A stretch of DNA of 64,000 nucleotides from an uncultured bacterium (GTDB lineage: Bacteria > Pseudomonadota > Gammaproteobacteria > Pseudomonadales > JADFDG01). Positions 36,502-45,194 of this stretch are shown here, in pieces. The translations under genes were made by a program, and so were the position numbers. The stretch lies in contig CBDDRC010000042.1 of NCBI GenBank assembly GCA_965232985.1, positions 281,299 to 345,298 on the forward strand, in the 5' to 3' direction. The notes beneath the pieces are model-generated. The model saw only the letters and a program-made list of their open reading frames with translations. It had not been told where the DNA came from and made no database searches. Position 1 is the stretch's first letter; every line of letters begins with the position of its first letter.

Positions 36502-37526
36502 CCGTGAAAAAAACCAAATCCACCGCCGGGCAACTGCTCGACGCGCACGTAAAATTCATGATCGACCAGCTCAATGGCGATGCGCTGCAGCAAAACATTG
36601 AAGACGAGCTCGATCATGCCCTCGAAGCGGCGGAGAAAATCACGCTTAACGAGGCCGTGAGCCGCGAACAGATCAAGCAGACGGTGAAGAACTACGCTGT
36701 TGATCTCGACCTGCACGGCGGTATCCCGGAATTAATCGGCGATCTTGCCCGCACACTGTACGCTCACAAAATACACGATCAAACCACCCTCGCCGATCTC
36801 GTCACCGACCAGCAGTTCGCGGATATTCTTGAGCAAGTGCTGGCGATGAAGGATTTGCGCGAGAAAATCATCAAGCGCTCGATCGGCAATCCGCTGTTCG
36901 GCGCACTCGCTTCCGATGTGCTCTACAACGGCATCAAGGGCTATATTTCCGACAACCCGCTCACCAAAAACAGCAAGATGGCCGCCTCTGCCCTCAGCAT
37001 CGGCAAGAGCCTGCTGAGCAAGGCCTCACCCGGTCTTGAACATGCTGTCGAGGAAGGCGTCAAGCGGTACATCAAGGGCAACATCAAGGCGACCCAGAAG
37101 CAAACCGAACACTTCATCCGTGCCCGTATCGAGGACGACTCGGTACGCGACCATGCCACCGAATTGTGGGATGCAGCGAAGGAGCAGAAAGTCGCGCTGT
37201 TCCGCGATTACATCTCCAGCCGGGATCTGGAAGAAGGCTTTGTCACCGGCTACGAGTACTGGCGCAAGCTGCGCCGCACCGATTACTACTGGACGGTTAT
37301 CGAAATCTGTATCGATGGCTTCTTCGACAAATACGGCGATAGCTCGCTGCGCGAAATTCTCGATGAAGTGGGCATCCACCGCGAAATGATGCTCGAGGAA
37401 GCGATGCGCTTTGCCCCGCCGGTCATCAAGATGCTGAAAAAGAAGAAACTGCTCGAACCCCGTATTCGCCGGCAGTTGGAGCGGTTTTATATGTCGGACG
37501 AGGCAAAGGCGATTCTCGAAGGCTGA
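36498..37526 (+). CDS. hypothetical soluble protein (342 aa), translationally coupled to the DUF2339 gene
   Basis: ATGA overlap at 36498-36501. The product is Lys/Glu-rich and predicted helical. No signal peptide and no family recognised. Confidence 0.6.
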   Translation: MTVKKTKSTAGQLLDAHVKFMIDQLNGDALQQNIEDELDHALEAAEKITLNEAVSREQIKQTVKNYAVDLDLHGGIPELIGDLARTLYAHKIHDQTTLADLVTDQQFADILEQVLAMKDLREKIIKRSIGNPLFGALASDVLYNGIKGYISDNPLTKNSKMAASALSIGKSLLSKASPGLEHAVEEGVKRYIKGNIKATQKQTEHFIRARIEDDSVRDHATELWDAAKEQKVALFRDYISSRDLEEGFVTGYEYWRKLRRTDYYWTVIEICIDGFFDKYGDSSLREILDEVGIHREMMLEEAMRFAPPVIKMLKKKKLLEPRIRRQLERFYMSDEAKAILEG

Positions 37527-37569
37527 GCGGCGAGCGCCGGCTGCCGGGGATAGCTGGCCCCGCTCACCG

Positions 37570-38607
37570 TTACCTGATAACCCGCCAGTGCAGTGTCTGC
37601 CCGGCCCAATACGGCACGATAGTGTCGCGGCTGAATGCCAGTTCAGCCGGCACCTGCCAGGCCTCACGCACCAGCGTTACGGTATCGGTGTTGCGCGGCA
37701 AGCGGTAAAAATCGGCACCGAAATGGCTGGCAAAGGCTTCGAGTTTGTCGAGCGCCTGCATCTGTTCGAAAAACTGCGCATACAGCGGCAGCGCCGCCGG
37801 CGCCGAAAAACAACCGGCACAACCGCAGGCTGATTCTTTTGTATGTTTTGCGTGCGGTGCTGAATCGGTGCCCAGAAAAAAGCGCCGGTTGCCACTCACC
37901 GCAGCCTGCTGCAGCGCCTCCTGATGCAGGCGGCGCTTGAGCACCGGCAGGCAATAGTGATGCGGGCGCATGCCACCGGCAAACAGATCGTTGCGGTTCA
38001 TCAGCAGATGTTGCGGCGTGAGGGTTGCCGCCACTCCCTCACGGGCGGCCAACACGAACTGCGCGGCCTCGCGGGTGGTGATGTGCTCGAACACTACCCG
38101 CAGGCGCGGAAATTCGTCGACGATGGGCAGCAGGTGGCGCTCGATGAATACTGCTTCGCGGTCGAACACATCAACATCAGCATCGACCACTTCGCCATGC
38201 ACCAGCAGCGGCAGATCGACCTCTTCCATGGCAACCAGCACCGGCCATAGCTTGCGCACGTCGGTAACACCGGCATGTGAGTTGGTGGTCGCGCCGGACG
38301 GGTAGAGTTTGGCCGCGTGAACGATGCCGCTGTGCTTCGCGCGCCGGATTTCGTCGGGCGCGGTGTGATCGGTAAGGTAGAGCGTGAGCAACGGCTCGAA
38401 CTTCACGCCCGCAGGTACCGCGCCGAGAATCCGTTGCCGGTATTCACCGGCGAGCGCCGTGCTGGTCACCGCCGGAACAAGATTGGGCATGACGATGGCA
38501 CGCGCAAAAACCTGTGCCGTTGGCGCCAGAACCTGCGCCAACACCGCACCGTCGCGCAGATGGATATGCCAGTCGTCCGGGCGGGTGATGGTAAGCGTCT
38601 GCTTCAT
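37570..38607 (-). CDS. pyrC: dihydroorotase (homodimeric, E. coli type)
   Basis: [20 protein letters not shown]...AIVMPNL.P...[12 protein letters not shown]...LLVHGE...FLGTDSAPH are PyrC blocks. The ATG at 38607 is preceded by AGGAG. Confidence 0.93.
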   Translation of the reverse strand: MKQTLTITRPDDWHIHLRDGAVLAQVLAPTAQVFARAIVMPNLVPAVTSTALAGEYRQRILGAVPAGVKFEPLLTLYLTDHTAPDEIRRAKHSGIVHAAKLYPSGATTNSHAGVTDVRKLWPVLVAMEEVDLPLLVHGEVVDADVDVFDREAVFIERHLLPIVDEFPRLRVVFEHITTREAAQFVLAAREGVAATLTPQHLLMNRNDLFAGGMRPHHYCLPVLKRRLHQEALQQAAVSGNRRFFLGTDSAPHAKHTKESACGCAGCFSAPAALPLYAQFFEQMQALDKLEAFASHFGADFYRLPRNTDTVTLVREAWQVPAELAFSRDTIVPYWAGQTLHWRVIR

Positions 38608-38715
38608 CGGCCGAAAACTCCTGCTCAACTACGCTGGCAATATGCGCCCGGGATATGGCCAACCCGGCAGTCTATAATGGCCGCCAGCCGCACCCGCCAC
38701 GGCCCGGAGTTTCGC

Positions 38716-39588
38716 ATGAATGACCTGATGACGCACGAACTGACCGGGCCAAGCTCGCGCCTGACGCTTTACCGCCGCGTCCTGCGGCGCAAACAACAGA
38801 CCGGCGAAAAACATCTGCCGGCCATCAGCGTACTGCTGTGCAACCAGCACGCGGATCATGAGCAGCTTGAGCGTTATAACAATGTCTGTGGTTTTCTCAC
38901 CGGCCGGGAACTGCCGGCGATCTATCCGCATATCCTTGCCTTTCCGTTGCACGCGGAATTGATGACTGACGAAAATTTTCCGTTCCCGCTGCTCGGCCTG
39001 GTGCACATTGCCAACAGCATCACCCGCTACCGACCGCTCACGACCAACGAGTCGGTCGACATCAGTTGCCGCTTCGGCACCCTGGCACCGCACGAGAAGG
39101 GCACGGCGTTCAGCATCCTCACCGAAGCCGCCGTGCAGGGAAAAAAAGTCTGGGAGAGCACCAGCACCATGCTGCATCGCCATCCGGTCAGCGGTTCCGG
39201 CGGGAAACCAGCCGAAGCCGCCGAAAAAGACGCGCTGCAACACGCCGCCCGCGAAACATGGCGTATCGCCAGCAATATGGGCCGCCGCTATGGCAAGGCC
39301 TCCGGCGACATGAACCCGATCCATCTCTGGCCGCTCACCGCCAAGCTGTTCGGTTTCCAGCGTCATATCGTCCATGGCATGTGGACCAAAGCGCGTGCCG
39401 TTGCCGCTCTTACGCCACAGATCGGCGCACGCCCATTCACTGTTACCGTCGCCTTCAAGCTGCCGCTATTCCTGCCGGCAGCCGTCACTTTCCTGCACCA
39501 GGCCGACGCGGCCGGCATTCACTTCGACGTTCGTGATCAATACAACCTGAAACCGCATCTCAAGGGCGCGATCAAATTCCTCGATTGA
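38716..39588 (+). CDS. MaoC-like (hotdog-fold) dehydratase family protein
   Basis: 290 aa. YGKASGDMNPIHLWPLTAKLFGFQRHIVHGMW is the MaoC dehydratase motif. The ATG at 38716 follows GGAG. The track ORF's upstream 133 aa are antisense to pyrC. Confidence 0.8.
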   Translation: MNDLMTHELTGPSSRLTLYRRVLRRKQQTGEKHLPAISVLLCNQHADHEQLERYNNVCGFLTGRELPAIYPHILAFPLHAELMTDENFPFPLLGLVHIANSITRYRPLTTNESVDISCRFGTLAPHEKGTAFSILTEAAVQGKKVWESTSTMLHRHPVSGSGGKPAEAAEKDALQHAARETWRIASNMGRRYGKASGDMNPIHLWPLTAKLFGFQRHIVHGMWTKARAVAALTPQIGARPFTVTVAFKLPLFLPAAVTFLHQADAAGIHFDVRDQYNLKPHLKGAIKFLD

Positions 39589-39597
39589 TTACCGCCT

Positions 39598-40761
39598 TCA
39601 GGCCAGCGCCTGTTCTTGCCGGCGACGCGGCGGCAAGGCGAGCGTAAAAATGCGCCGCACCACCGTGCCGAACTGCCGGGTCATGGTGCCGGTGTTGTAC
39701 GGCAGCGCGTACTTCGCACACAACGCGCGCACTTCCGGCGCAATTTCCGCGTAGCGGTGGCCGGGAATATCCGGGAACAGGTGGTGCTCGATCTGGTGCG
39801 ACAGGTTGCCGGTGGCAATATGCATCAGCCTGCCGCCCTTGATGTTCGCCGAACCCAGCAACTGGCGCAGATACCACTGGCCGCGTGTCTCGTTGCGTGT
39901 CTCTTCCTCGGTGAACATCACCGTGCCATCCGGAAAGTGGCCGCAGAAAATAACGGCAAAGGCCCAGACATTGCGCACCGCGTTGGCGGTGATGTTGCCG
40001 GCGAGCACCGGCAGGAAGAACGGGCCGGCCAGTGCCGGAAACAACACGTAATCCTTCAATACCTGCCGGCGCGCCTTCTTCCAGACGATCTTCAATTCAG
40101 CCAGCGCCTGCTGAAGCGATTTTTCGCCTGAGAAGATTTTTTCCGTTTCAACATCATGCAACGCCACGCCCCACTGAAACAACAGCGCCAGCGCCAGTGC
40201 ATAAACCGGATTGCCCAGATATTTCGGCTCCCAGGGCTGCTCTTCGGCCATCCGCAGAATGCCGTAACCGACATCGCGATCCTTGCCAACGATGTTGGTG
40301 AAGGTGTGGTGCACATAGTTGTGCGAATGACGCCAGGTGTCACCCGGGCAGGCGGTATCCCAGTCGTACTTTTTGCCGTCGAGCGCCGGATCCTTCATGA
40401 AGTCGTACTGGCCGTGCATGACGTTGTGGCCGATTTCCATGTTCTCCAGAATCTTCGCAACAGACAGCAATGCCGTGCCGGCAAGCCAGGCCGGCGGCAA
40501 AATGCCGGCAAACAGCAGCGCGCGCCCGCCGATCTCGCAACGGCGCTGGAGTTTCATCATGCCGCGAATGTACGTGGCATCGCGCGCGCCGAGGTCCGCA
40601 ACCGTACGCGTGCGTATGGCATCCAGTTCGCGCCCGAATTCTTCCACCTGCGCCGCACTCAGGTGCGGGAAAGCACGGCGGATTGTCGGGCTGATATTGT
40701 CGCCCCCCGACTGACCGTCGGGTTTGATGCTGTGCCTGATCGATTCGTTGGCAACGCTCAT
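39598..40761 (-). CDS. membrane fatty-acid (acyl-CoA) desaturase, DesB-like
   Basis: 387 aa from MSVANES, with AGGAGG upstream. Three histidine boxes are present: HNVMHGQY, HSHNYVHH and HQIEHHLFP. It lies downstream of a ferredoxin-reductase gene, as in P. aeruginosa desCB. Confidence 0.88.
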   Translation of the reverse strand: MSVANESIRHSIKPDGQSGGDNISPTIRRAFPHLSAAQVEEFGRELDAIRTRTVADLGARDATYIRGMMKLQRRCEIGGRALLFAGILPPAWLAGTALLSVAKILENMEIGHNVMHGQYDFMKDPALDGKKYDWDTACPGDTWRHSHNYVHHTFTNIVGKDRDVGYGILRMAEEQPWEPKYLGNPVYALALALLFQWGVALHDVETEKIFSGEKSLQQALAELKIVWKKARRQVLKDYVLFPALAGPFFLPVLAGNITANAVRNVWAFAVIFCGHFPDGTVMFTEEETRNETRGQWYLRQLLGSANIKGGRLMHIATGNLSHQIEHHLFPDIPGHRYAEIAPEVRALCAKYALPYNTGTMTRQFGTVVRRIFTLALPPRRRQEQALA

Positions 40762-40793
40762 GAATGAGCCTCCTGTGTTGATTTGCCGGGCCA

Positions 40794-41972
40794 TCAGATA
40801 TCGAGCGTGACGTCGCCCAGCGGGACGCTCACGCACAACTGGATTTCGTCGTTCGGCTCGCAAGACAGCTCGCCGGTGACCCGGTTTTTCGTCACGCCGC
40901 TGACCTTGGTGCACTTGCAGGCCATGCAGATGCCCATGCGGCAACCGGAATCCGGCTGCAGCCCGGCCGCCTCGGCCTGGTCGAGCAGCGCGCGACCGTC
41001 ACTGGCAACAAAGCGCTCGGCGCGCACGAAACGCAGTTCGCCGCCAACTGCCTCGGCAACCGGTGCTGGCACCGGATTTGCAGAAGAACCGGCGGTGAAC
41101 CGCTCAATGTGCAACTTGCCGGCGAGATCGCGCGCGGTGAATTCGGCGCGTACTGCATCGATCAGCGCCGGCGGACCACACACCCAGGTTTCGGCAGCGG
41201 CCAGATCCTTCGTCAATGCATCAAGGTGCGCGGCGCAGAAATGACCGGTGCAGTCTGCACCGGCCGACGTCGCGCGGGTGAGGATGATACGTACGGTGAG
41301 GTTGTTGTGCTGCGCGGCAAGCGCGGCAAGCTCGCTGCCGAAAATCACGTCAGCGTAGGTCGGTGCGTAATGCAGCACGTCGATGCGGCCGGCGTACTTC
41401 TTCTCAAGCAACGCCTCATCAAGCAGCGTGCGCAGTATCGCCATGTTCGGTGTAATGCCGCTGCCACCGGAGATGAGGACGACGCGGGCCGGCCACTTTG
41501 CTGCGGGAACCCGCTCCGGCAAACATTTTCCCGGCAAACAATAGTCGCCATCGGCCTGCGATATCGTTACCACCATGCCCGGATAGGCCGCTGCAGCGAG
41601 CGGGCCGGAAACCTTGCCGCCCGCCACCGTCTTGACGGTGATGTCGATGAGGCCATCGGTGCGCAGCGCCGAGGACGACAGCGAATAGCAACGCGTGCGG
41701 CGCACGCCATCGAGCTCAACGCTGATGCGGATGTACTGGCCGGCACGGGCGCCCAGCCAGTTGCCGTTCGGACGCAACCGGAGGGTGGTGGCGTCGGCGG
41801 TCTCGCAGACGGTCGCCACTACCTCGGCACGCACCTCATGCACCGACCACAGCGGGTTGAACAGTTCGAGGTAGCGATCAACCCCGTGCGGCGTGGCCAG
41901 GGTGGCTACGAAGTCCGTTGCCAGCAGGCGACGGATACCGCTGGCAAGGCCGGGGGCTTGGGTCCGGGTCAT
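40794..41972 (-). CDS. ferredoxin reductase-type oxidoreductase (FAD/NAD-binding + C-terminal 2Fe-2S), DesC-like
   Basis: 392 aa. It has RCYSLSS (FAD RxYS), ISGGSGITP (NAD) and the C-terminal CRMGICMACKC cluster motif. Confidence 0.88.
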   Translation of the reverse strand: MTRTQAPGLASGIRRLLATDFVATLATPHGVDRYLELFNPLWSVHEVRAEVVATVCETADATTLRLRPNGNWLGARAGQYIRISVELDGVRRTRCYSLSSSALRTDGLIDITVKTVAGGKVSGPLAAAAYPGMVVTISQADGDYCLPGKCLPERVPAAKWPARVVLISGGSGITPNMAILRTLLDEALLEKKYAGRIDVLHYAPTYADVIFGSELAALAAQHNNLTVRIILTRATSAGADCTGHFCAAHLDALTKDLAAAETWVCGPPALIDAVRAEFTARDLAGKLHIERFTAGSSANPVPAPVAEAVGGELRFVRAERFVASDGRALLDQAEAAGLQPDSGCRMGICMACKCTKVSGVTKNRVTGELSCEPNDEIQLCVSVPLGDVTLDI

Positions 41973-42008
41973 GGCACACCTCCATCAGGCGTCTCGAAAG
42001 AGACATTG

Positions 42009-42026
42009 AGTGAACGGATGTGCACA
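42009..42026. promoter_or_regulatory. weaker second copy of the putative TetR/DesT operator
   Basis: AGTGAACGGATGTGCACA shares the AGTGAAC...TGT..AC half-sites with the 42048 palindrome. It lies 37 nt upstream of the reductase start codon. Confidence 0.25.
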
Positions 42027-42047
42027 GGATACCGGCACCGAAATTTA

Positions 42048-42065
42048 AGTCAACACTTGTTCACT
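42048..42065. promoter_or_regulatory. putative TetR/DesT operator palindrome in the divergent promoter region
   Basis: AGTCAACACTTGTTCACT is self-complementary at 14 of 18 positions (AGT.AACA..TGTT.ACT). It sits between the divergent desaturase operon and the TetR gene. Confidence 0.4.
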
Positions 42066-42202
42066 AAAATGCAGTCTGCCTTTACATATCAATCAGTTAT
42101 ATGCTCTACTGCTTTCATCGTATGTTCACGTGCAGGCACGGCCTTGGCCCGGTTGTGCGCCTGTTCCGGGATATCTGCCCGGCCGAATAAGGGAGTTGCA
42201 CC

Positions 42203-42838
42203 ATGGTCCGGCCACCCGGTCCCCGCGAAGAAAAAAAACAGAAAACCCGCCAGGCCTTGCTCGACGCAGCCCTGACGTTGCTGGCCGGCGAGCAGAGCTT
42301 CGCCAGCCTCAGCCTGCGTGAGGTAACGCGCGAAGCCGGCGTGGTGCCGACGGCGTTTTACCGGCATTTCCGCGACATGGATGAACTCGGGCTCGCGCTT
42401 GTCGATGAGTCATTTCATGCGCTCAGGCAAATGATGCGCGCCGCACGCAGCGGCACGCTCCCGACCGAGCAACTGGTCCACCGTTCGGTGGCAACCTTCG
42501 TCACACATGTGCGCGCGAACGATCGTCACTTTCAATTCCTGCTGCGCGAACGCGCCGGCGGCCGCAGCGCAATCCGCAATGCAATCCGCACGGAAATTCG
42601 CCTGTTCATCAGTGAACTGGCCACTGATCTGGGTCGCTTCCCGGCACTGAATGCGTGGCGCACGGAAGATCTGCGCATGATGGCGGGGCTGGTGGTGAGT
42701 ACCCTGGTGAATGCCGTGCTCGACATTCTTGACCTGCCGGCAGGCAGGCCCGAAGACGCGCAGGAAATGATGACAGTGCTGGAGAGTCAGTTGCGTCTGA
42801 TACTGCTGGGCGCTTCGCTGTGGAAACGCGGCGATTGA
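42203..42838 (+). CDS. TetR-family transcriptional regulator, DesT-like
   Basis: 211 aa. The N-terminal HTH is TRQALLDAALTLLAGEQSFASLSLREVTREAGVVPTAFYRHF. It is divergent from the desaturase operon. Confidence 0.85.
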   Translation: MVRPPGPREEKKQKTRQALLDAALTLLAGEQSFASLSLREVTREAGVVPTAFYRHFRDMDELGLALVDESFHALRQMMRAARSGTLPTEQLVHRSVATFVTHVRANDRHFQFLLRERAGGRSAIRNAIRTEIRLFISELATDLGRFPALNAWRTEDLRMMAGLVVSTLVNAVLDILDLPAGRPEDAQEMMTVLESQLRLILLGASLWKRGD

Positions 42839-42866
42839 TGCGGGGGGTTACGCAGACCGGAGCGGC

Positions 42867-43421
42867 TCAACCCCAGTGCCGCACGCGCCCGGTGTCGATG
42901 TGCACGAAGTTTTCCCTGCCGTAATAACCAACTCCGCCGCGACCGAGCGCACTTGCCGCAGCGCGAACCTGCGCCAGGCGCCGGCCCGGCACGCGCAGAT
43001 CGATGGCCATCCCGTCCATGTGCAGGCTGTGTTTGGCCACACCACCGCCACCGATCCGGCGCAGCAACATGTTGGTTTGCGCTGAGCGGTAGCCACAAAT
43101 AATGTGCACCGGGCCTGTGGTTTCAAGCGCCACCGTCAGATCGTGCATCAGGTCGATCACGCCGCGCGCCATCGGCACCGCCGCATTGGCGCGGAAATCG
43201 CGCAGCAGGAAATCGATTTCGGTGAGCGCTTCGGGGTGATAGACGCCCTGCTCGAAATAGGTGATATCGAGCGCTTCGGAGGTGTGCGTGTTGTACAGCC
43301 GCAGACGCCGCGCGGCCGGTGCCGCATTGCCGCCGGCACGCGCCAGCGCCGGCACCATCAGGGCACCGCTAGCTGCAAGCGAAGCGCCGAGAAAGACGCG
43401 GCGGGAAATCACGGGGTTCAT
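42867..43421 (-). CDS. DUF882 / MepK(YcbK)-like peptidase M15 family protein, Tat-exported
   Basis: 184 aa. Twin-arginine signal SRRVFLGASLAASGALMVPALARA, plus GYRS..TN and SLHMDGMAIDL...FVHIDTG metal-binding blocks. Confidence 0.85.
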   Translation of the reverse strand: MNPVISRRVFLGASLAASGALMVPALARAGGNAAPAARRLRLYNTHTSEALDITYFEQGVYHPEALTEIDFLLRDFRANAAVPMARGVIDLMHDLTVALETTGPVHIICGYRSAQTNMLLRRIGGGGVAKHSLHMDGMAIDLRVPGRRLAQVRAAASALGRGGVGYYGRENFVHIDTGRVRHWG

Positions 43422-43442
43422 GGCGCTGTTACTTCTTCCGAT

Positions 43443-44465
43443 TCAGGGATATTCGTGCGGTGTACCAGCCGCCACGTCCTTGGCGATGCCTTGTCGTTCA
43501 GCCAGCACCGATTCTGCCGCGATCCAGTCAATCCGTTCCGTGACCCCTGCCTCATCTGCAAGTTGCCGGGCCAGCACGTGGTAGTCGAAGCCGCGAGCAT
43601 AGACATCCGGATGCGCCTCCAGCCAGATGGGGCCGCCCGGCGGTGAAAACAACAGGACCGGCGCGTAAATAATGCGCACCGGCAGCCCCACGGCAACGGT
43701 CTGAAACAATGCTTCGATGTGTTCAGGCTGCAGGCGAATGCAGCCGTGGGTGCGCGCACCGTAGACACTGGCCGGCGCATTGGTGCCGTGAATGCCAAGA
43801 GCCTCCCGGGCCAGACCCAGCCAGTACTTGCCCAACGGGTTGTCCGGGCCGGGCGGCACGCGCGTCAACACCGGCTGCCCCAGGGCGCGCATCTCGGCCT
43901 GAATCGACAGCGGCACGAACCATGGCTTGTTCTTGTCGCGGGTGGCGATGGCAGTGTCGCCGGTGGGCGTCTGCCAGTCCGGCCTGCCTGCCGCAGCCGG
44001 GTAGGCCGCGTGCAACTGCCCGGCCCTGTAGTGGAACAGCATGCGCTGGGGAATGTTGATGAGAATCGCATCGCCGTCGGCACCGGGAGCCGGGGGCACG
44101 ATGTGGCGATTGTCGTAGATCAGAGCCTGGCCTATCCGCAGGAAGGCACGCGCGTCGAGCGGATTGTCACGCTGCAATTGCGGCAGCCAGGCGCCCAGCC
44201 GTGCCGCAATCACCGTCAGGTTGTCACCGGGCTGCACCGTGTAGACGCCGGGGCCGCCGGCCGTACCGATGCCGGAAATGGCACCGCGTTCGAACGGGTA
44301 CGCCGGCACGGCAGGCTCCGTAACCGGCTCCGTAACAGGCTCCGTAACAGGCGGTGTGGCGGGCAACGCCGGGCCGGGATCAACCACCGGCGCGACAACA
44401 TCGGCGTGCGCGGTCCGGATATCCAGAACGCCCAGTAAGACAAAAACGATCACGAAAATTCGCAT
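43443..44465 (-). CDS. L,D-transpeptidase with LysM domain (YkuD catalytic domain)
   Basis: Start at MRIFVIVFVLLG (44465). It has a LysM-like YTVQPGDNLTVIAARLG and the YkuD active site LGIHGTNAPASVYGARTHGCIRL. Confidence 0.85.
   Translation of the reverse strand: MRIFVIVFVLLGVLDIRTAHADVVAPVVDPGPALPATPPVTEPVTEPVTEPAVPAYPFERGAISGIGTAGGPGVYTVQPGDNLTVIAARLGAWLPQLQRDNPLDARAFLRIGQALIYDNRHIVPPAPGADGDAILINIPQRMLFHYRAGQLHAAYPAAAGRPDWQTPTGDTAIATRDKNKPWFVPLSIQAEMRALGQPVLTRVPPGPDNPLGKYWLGLAREALGIHGTNAPASVYGARTHGCIRLQPEHIEALFQTVAVGLPVRIIYAPVLLFSPPGGPIWLEAHPDVYARGFDYHVLARQLADEAGVTERIDWIAAESVLAERQGIAKDVAAGTPHEYP
44314..44349 (-). repeat. three tandem 12-nt units inside the L,D-transpeptidase gene encoding PVTE-PVTE-PVTE
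   Basis: The plus strand reads GGCTCCGTAACC GGCTCCGTAACA GGCTCCGTAACA. The protein reads ...TPPVTEPVTEPVTEPAVP... Confidence 0.9.
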
Positions 44466-44625
44466 GGCGGGACTGCATGACCCGGTAAAAGTGGAATCGC
44501 CGCGCATGATAGCAGCGCCCTGCGAGTAACCCCGTGCCGCCGGCAAACCGGTTGCGGTTCCCCCTGTCATGTCCGGTCAGTACACTGGGCGCCGCTTTTG
44601 CCCGCACTCCGGAGATCCGCCCTTT

Positions 44626-45165
44626 ATGAAACGCCTGAACCCCGCCCCGCACATCGCCGCCTTCATCTTCATGAGCCGCTGGCTGCAGGCACCGCTGTAT
44701 CTGGGCCTCATCGTCGCCCAGGGCGTCTATGTCGTGAAATTCATGGAAGAGCTGTGGCACCTGGTGCACGGTTTCTCCACGCTGTCGCACACCGACATCC
44801 TGCTGCTGGTGCTGGGCCTGATCGACGTGGTGATGATCGCCAACCTGCTGATCATGGTGATCCTCGGCGGTTATGAGATTTTCGTCTCCAAGCTGCACAT
44901 CAACAATCACCCGGATCAACCCGACTGGCTGAGCCATGTCGATGCCGGCATGCTCAAGGTGAAGCTGGCGATGAGCCTGATCGGCATTTCGTCAATCCAC
45001 CTGCTGCGCTCGTTCATTGATGCCAACAATCTCAGTGAGCATCAACTCAAATGGGAAGTGATCATCCATTGCGTGCTGGTGGGCTCGGCGATAATTCTCG
45101 CCCTCACCGATCGGCTGATGATGGGCTTCCAGCCAACCCGTCCGCGTGCCAGCGACGCGCACTGA
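44626..45165 (+). CDS. YqhA-family (UPF0114) membrane protein
   Basis: 179 aa from MKRLNP, with GGAGA upstream. FMSRWLQAPLYLGLIVAQGVYVVKF and LKVKLAMSLIGISSIHLL are typical of the YqhA family. Confidence 0.8.
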   Translation: MKRLNPAPHIAAFIFMSRWLQAPLYLGLIVAQGVYVVKFMEELWHLVHGFSTLSHTDILLLVLGLIDVVMIANLLIMVILGGYEIFVSKLHINNHPDQPDWLSHVDAGMLKVKLAMSLIGISSIHLLRSFIDANNLSEHQLKWEVIIHCVLVGSAIILALTDRLMMGFQPTRPRASDAH

Positions 45166-45194
45166 ATCACCTGGTACGAAGCTGCCGCATCCTC

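Noticed and set aside
37524-37566. A possible terminator hairpin between the convergent 342-aa gene and pyrC (TGAGCGG...CCGCTCA).
   Set aside because: The 7-bp stem encloses a 29-nt loop, and the inner CCGGC-T-GCCGG palindrome cannot form a viable loop. There is no U-tract on either strand.
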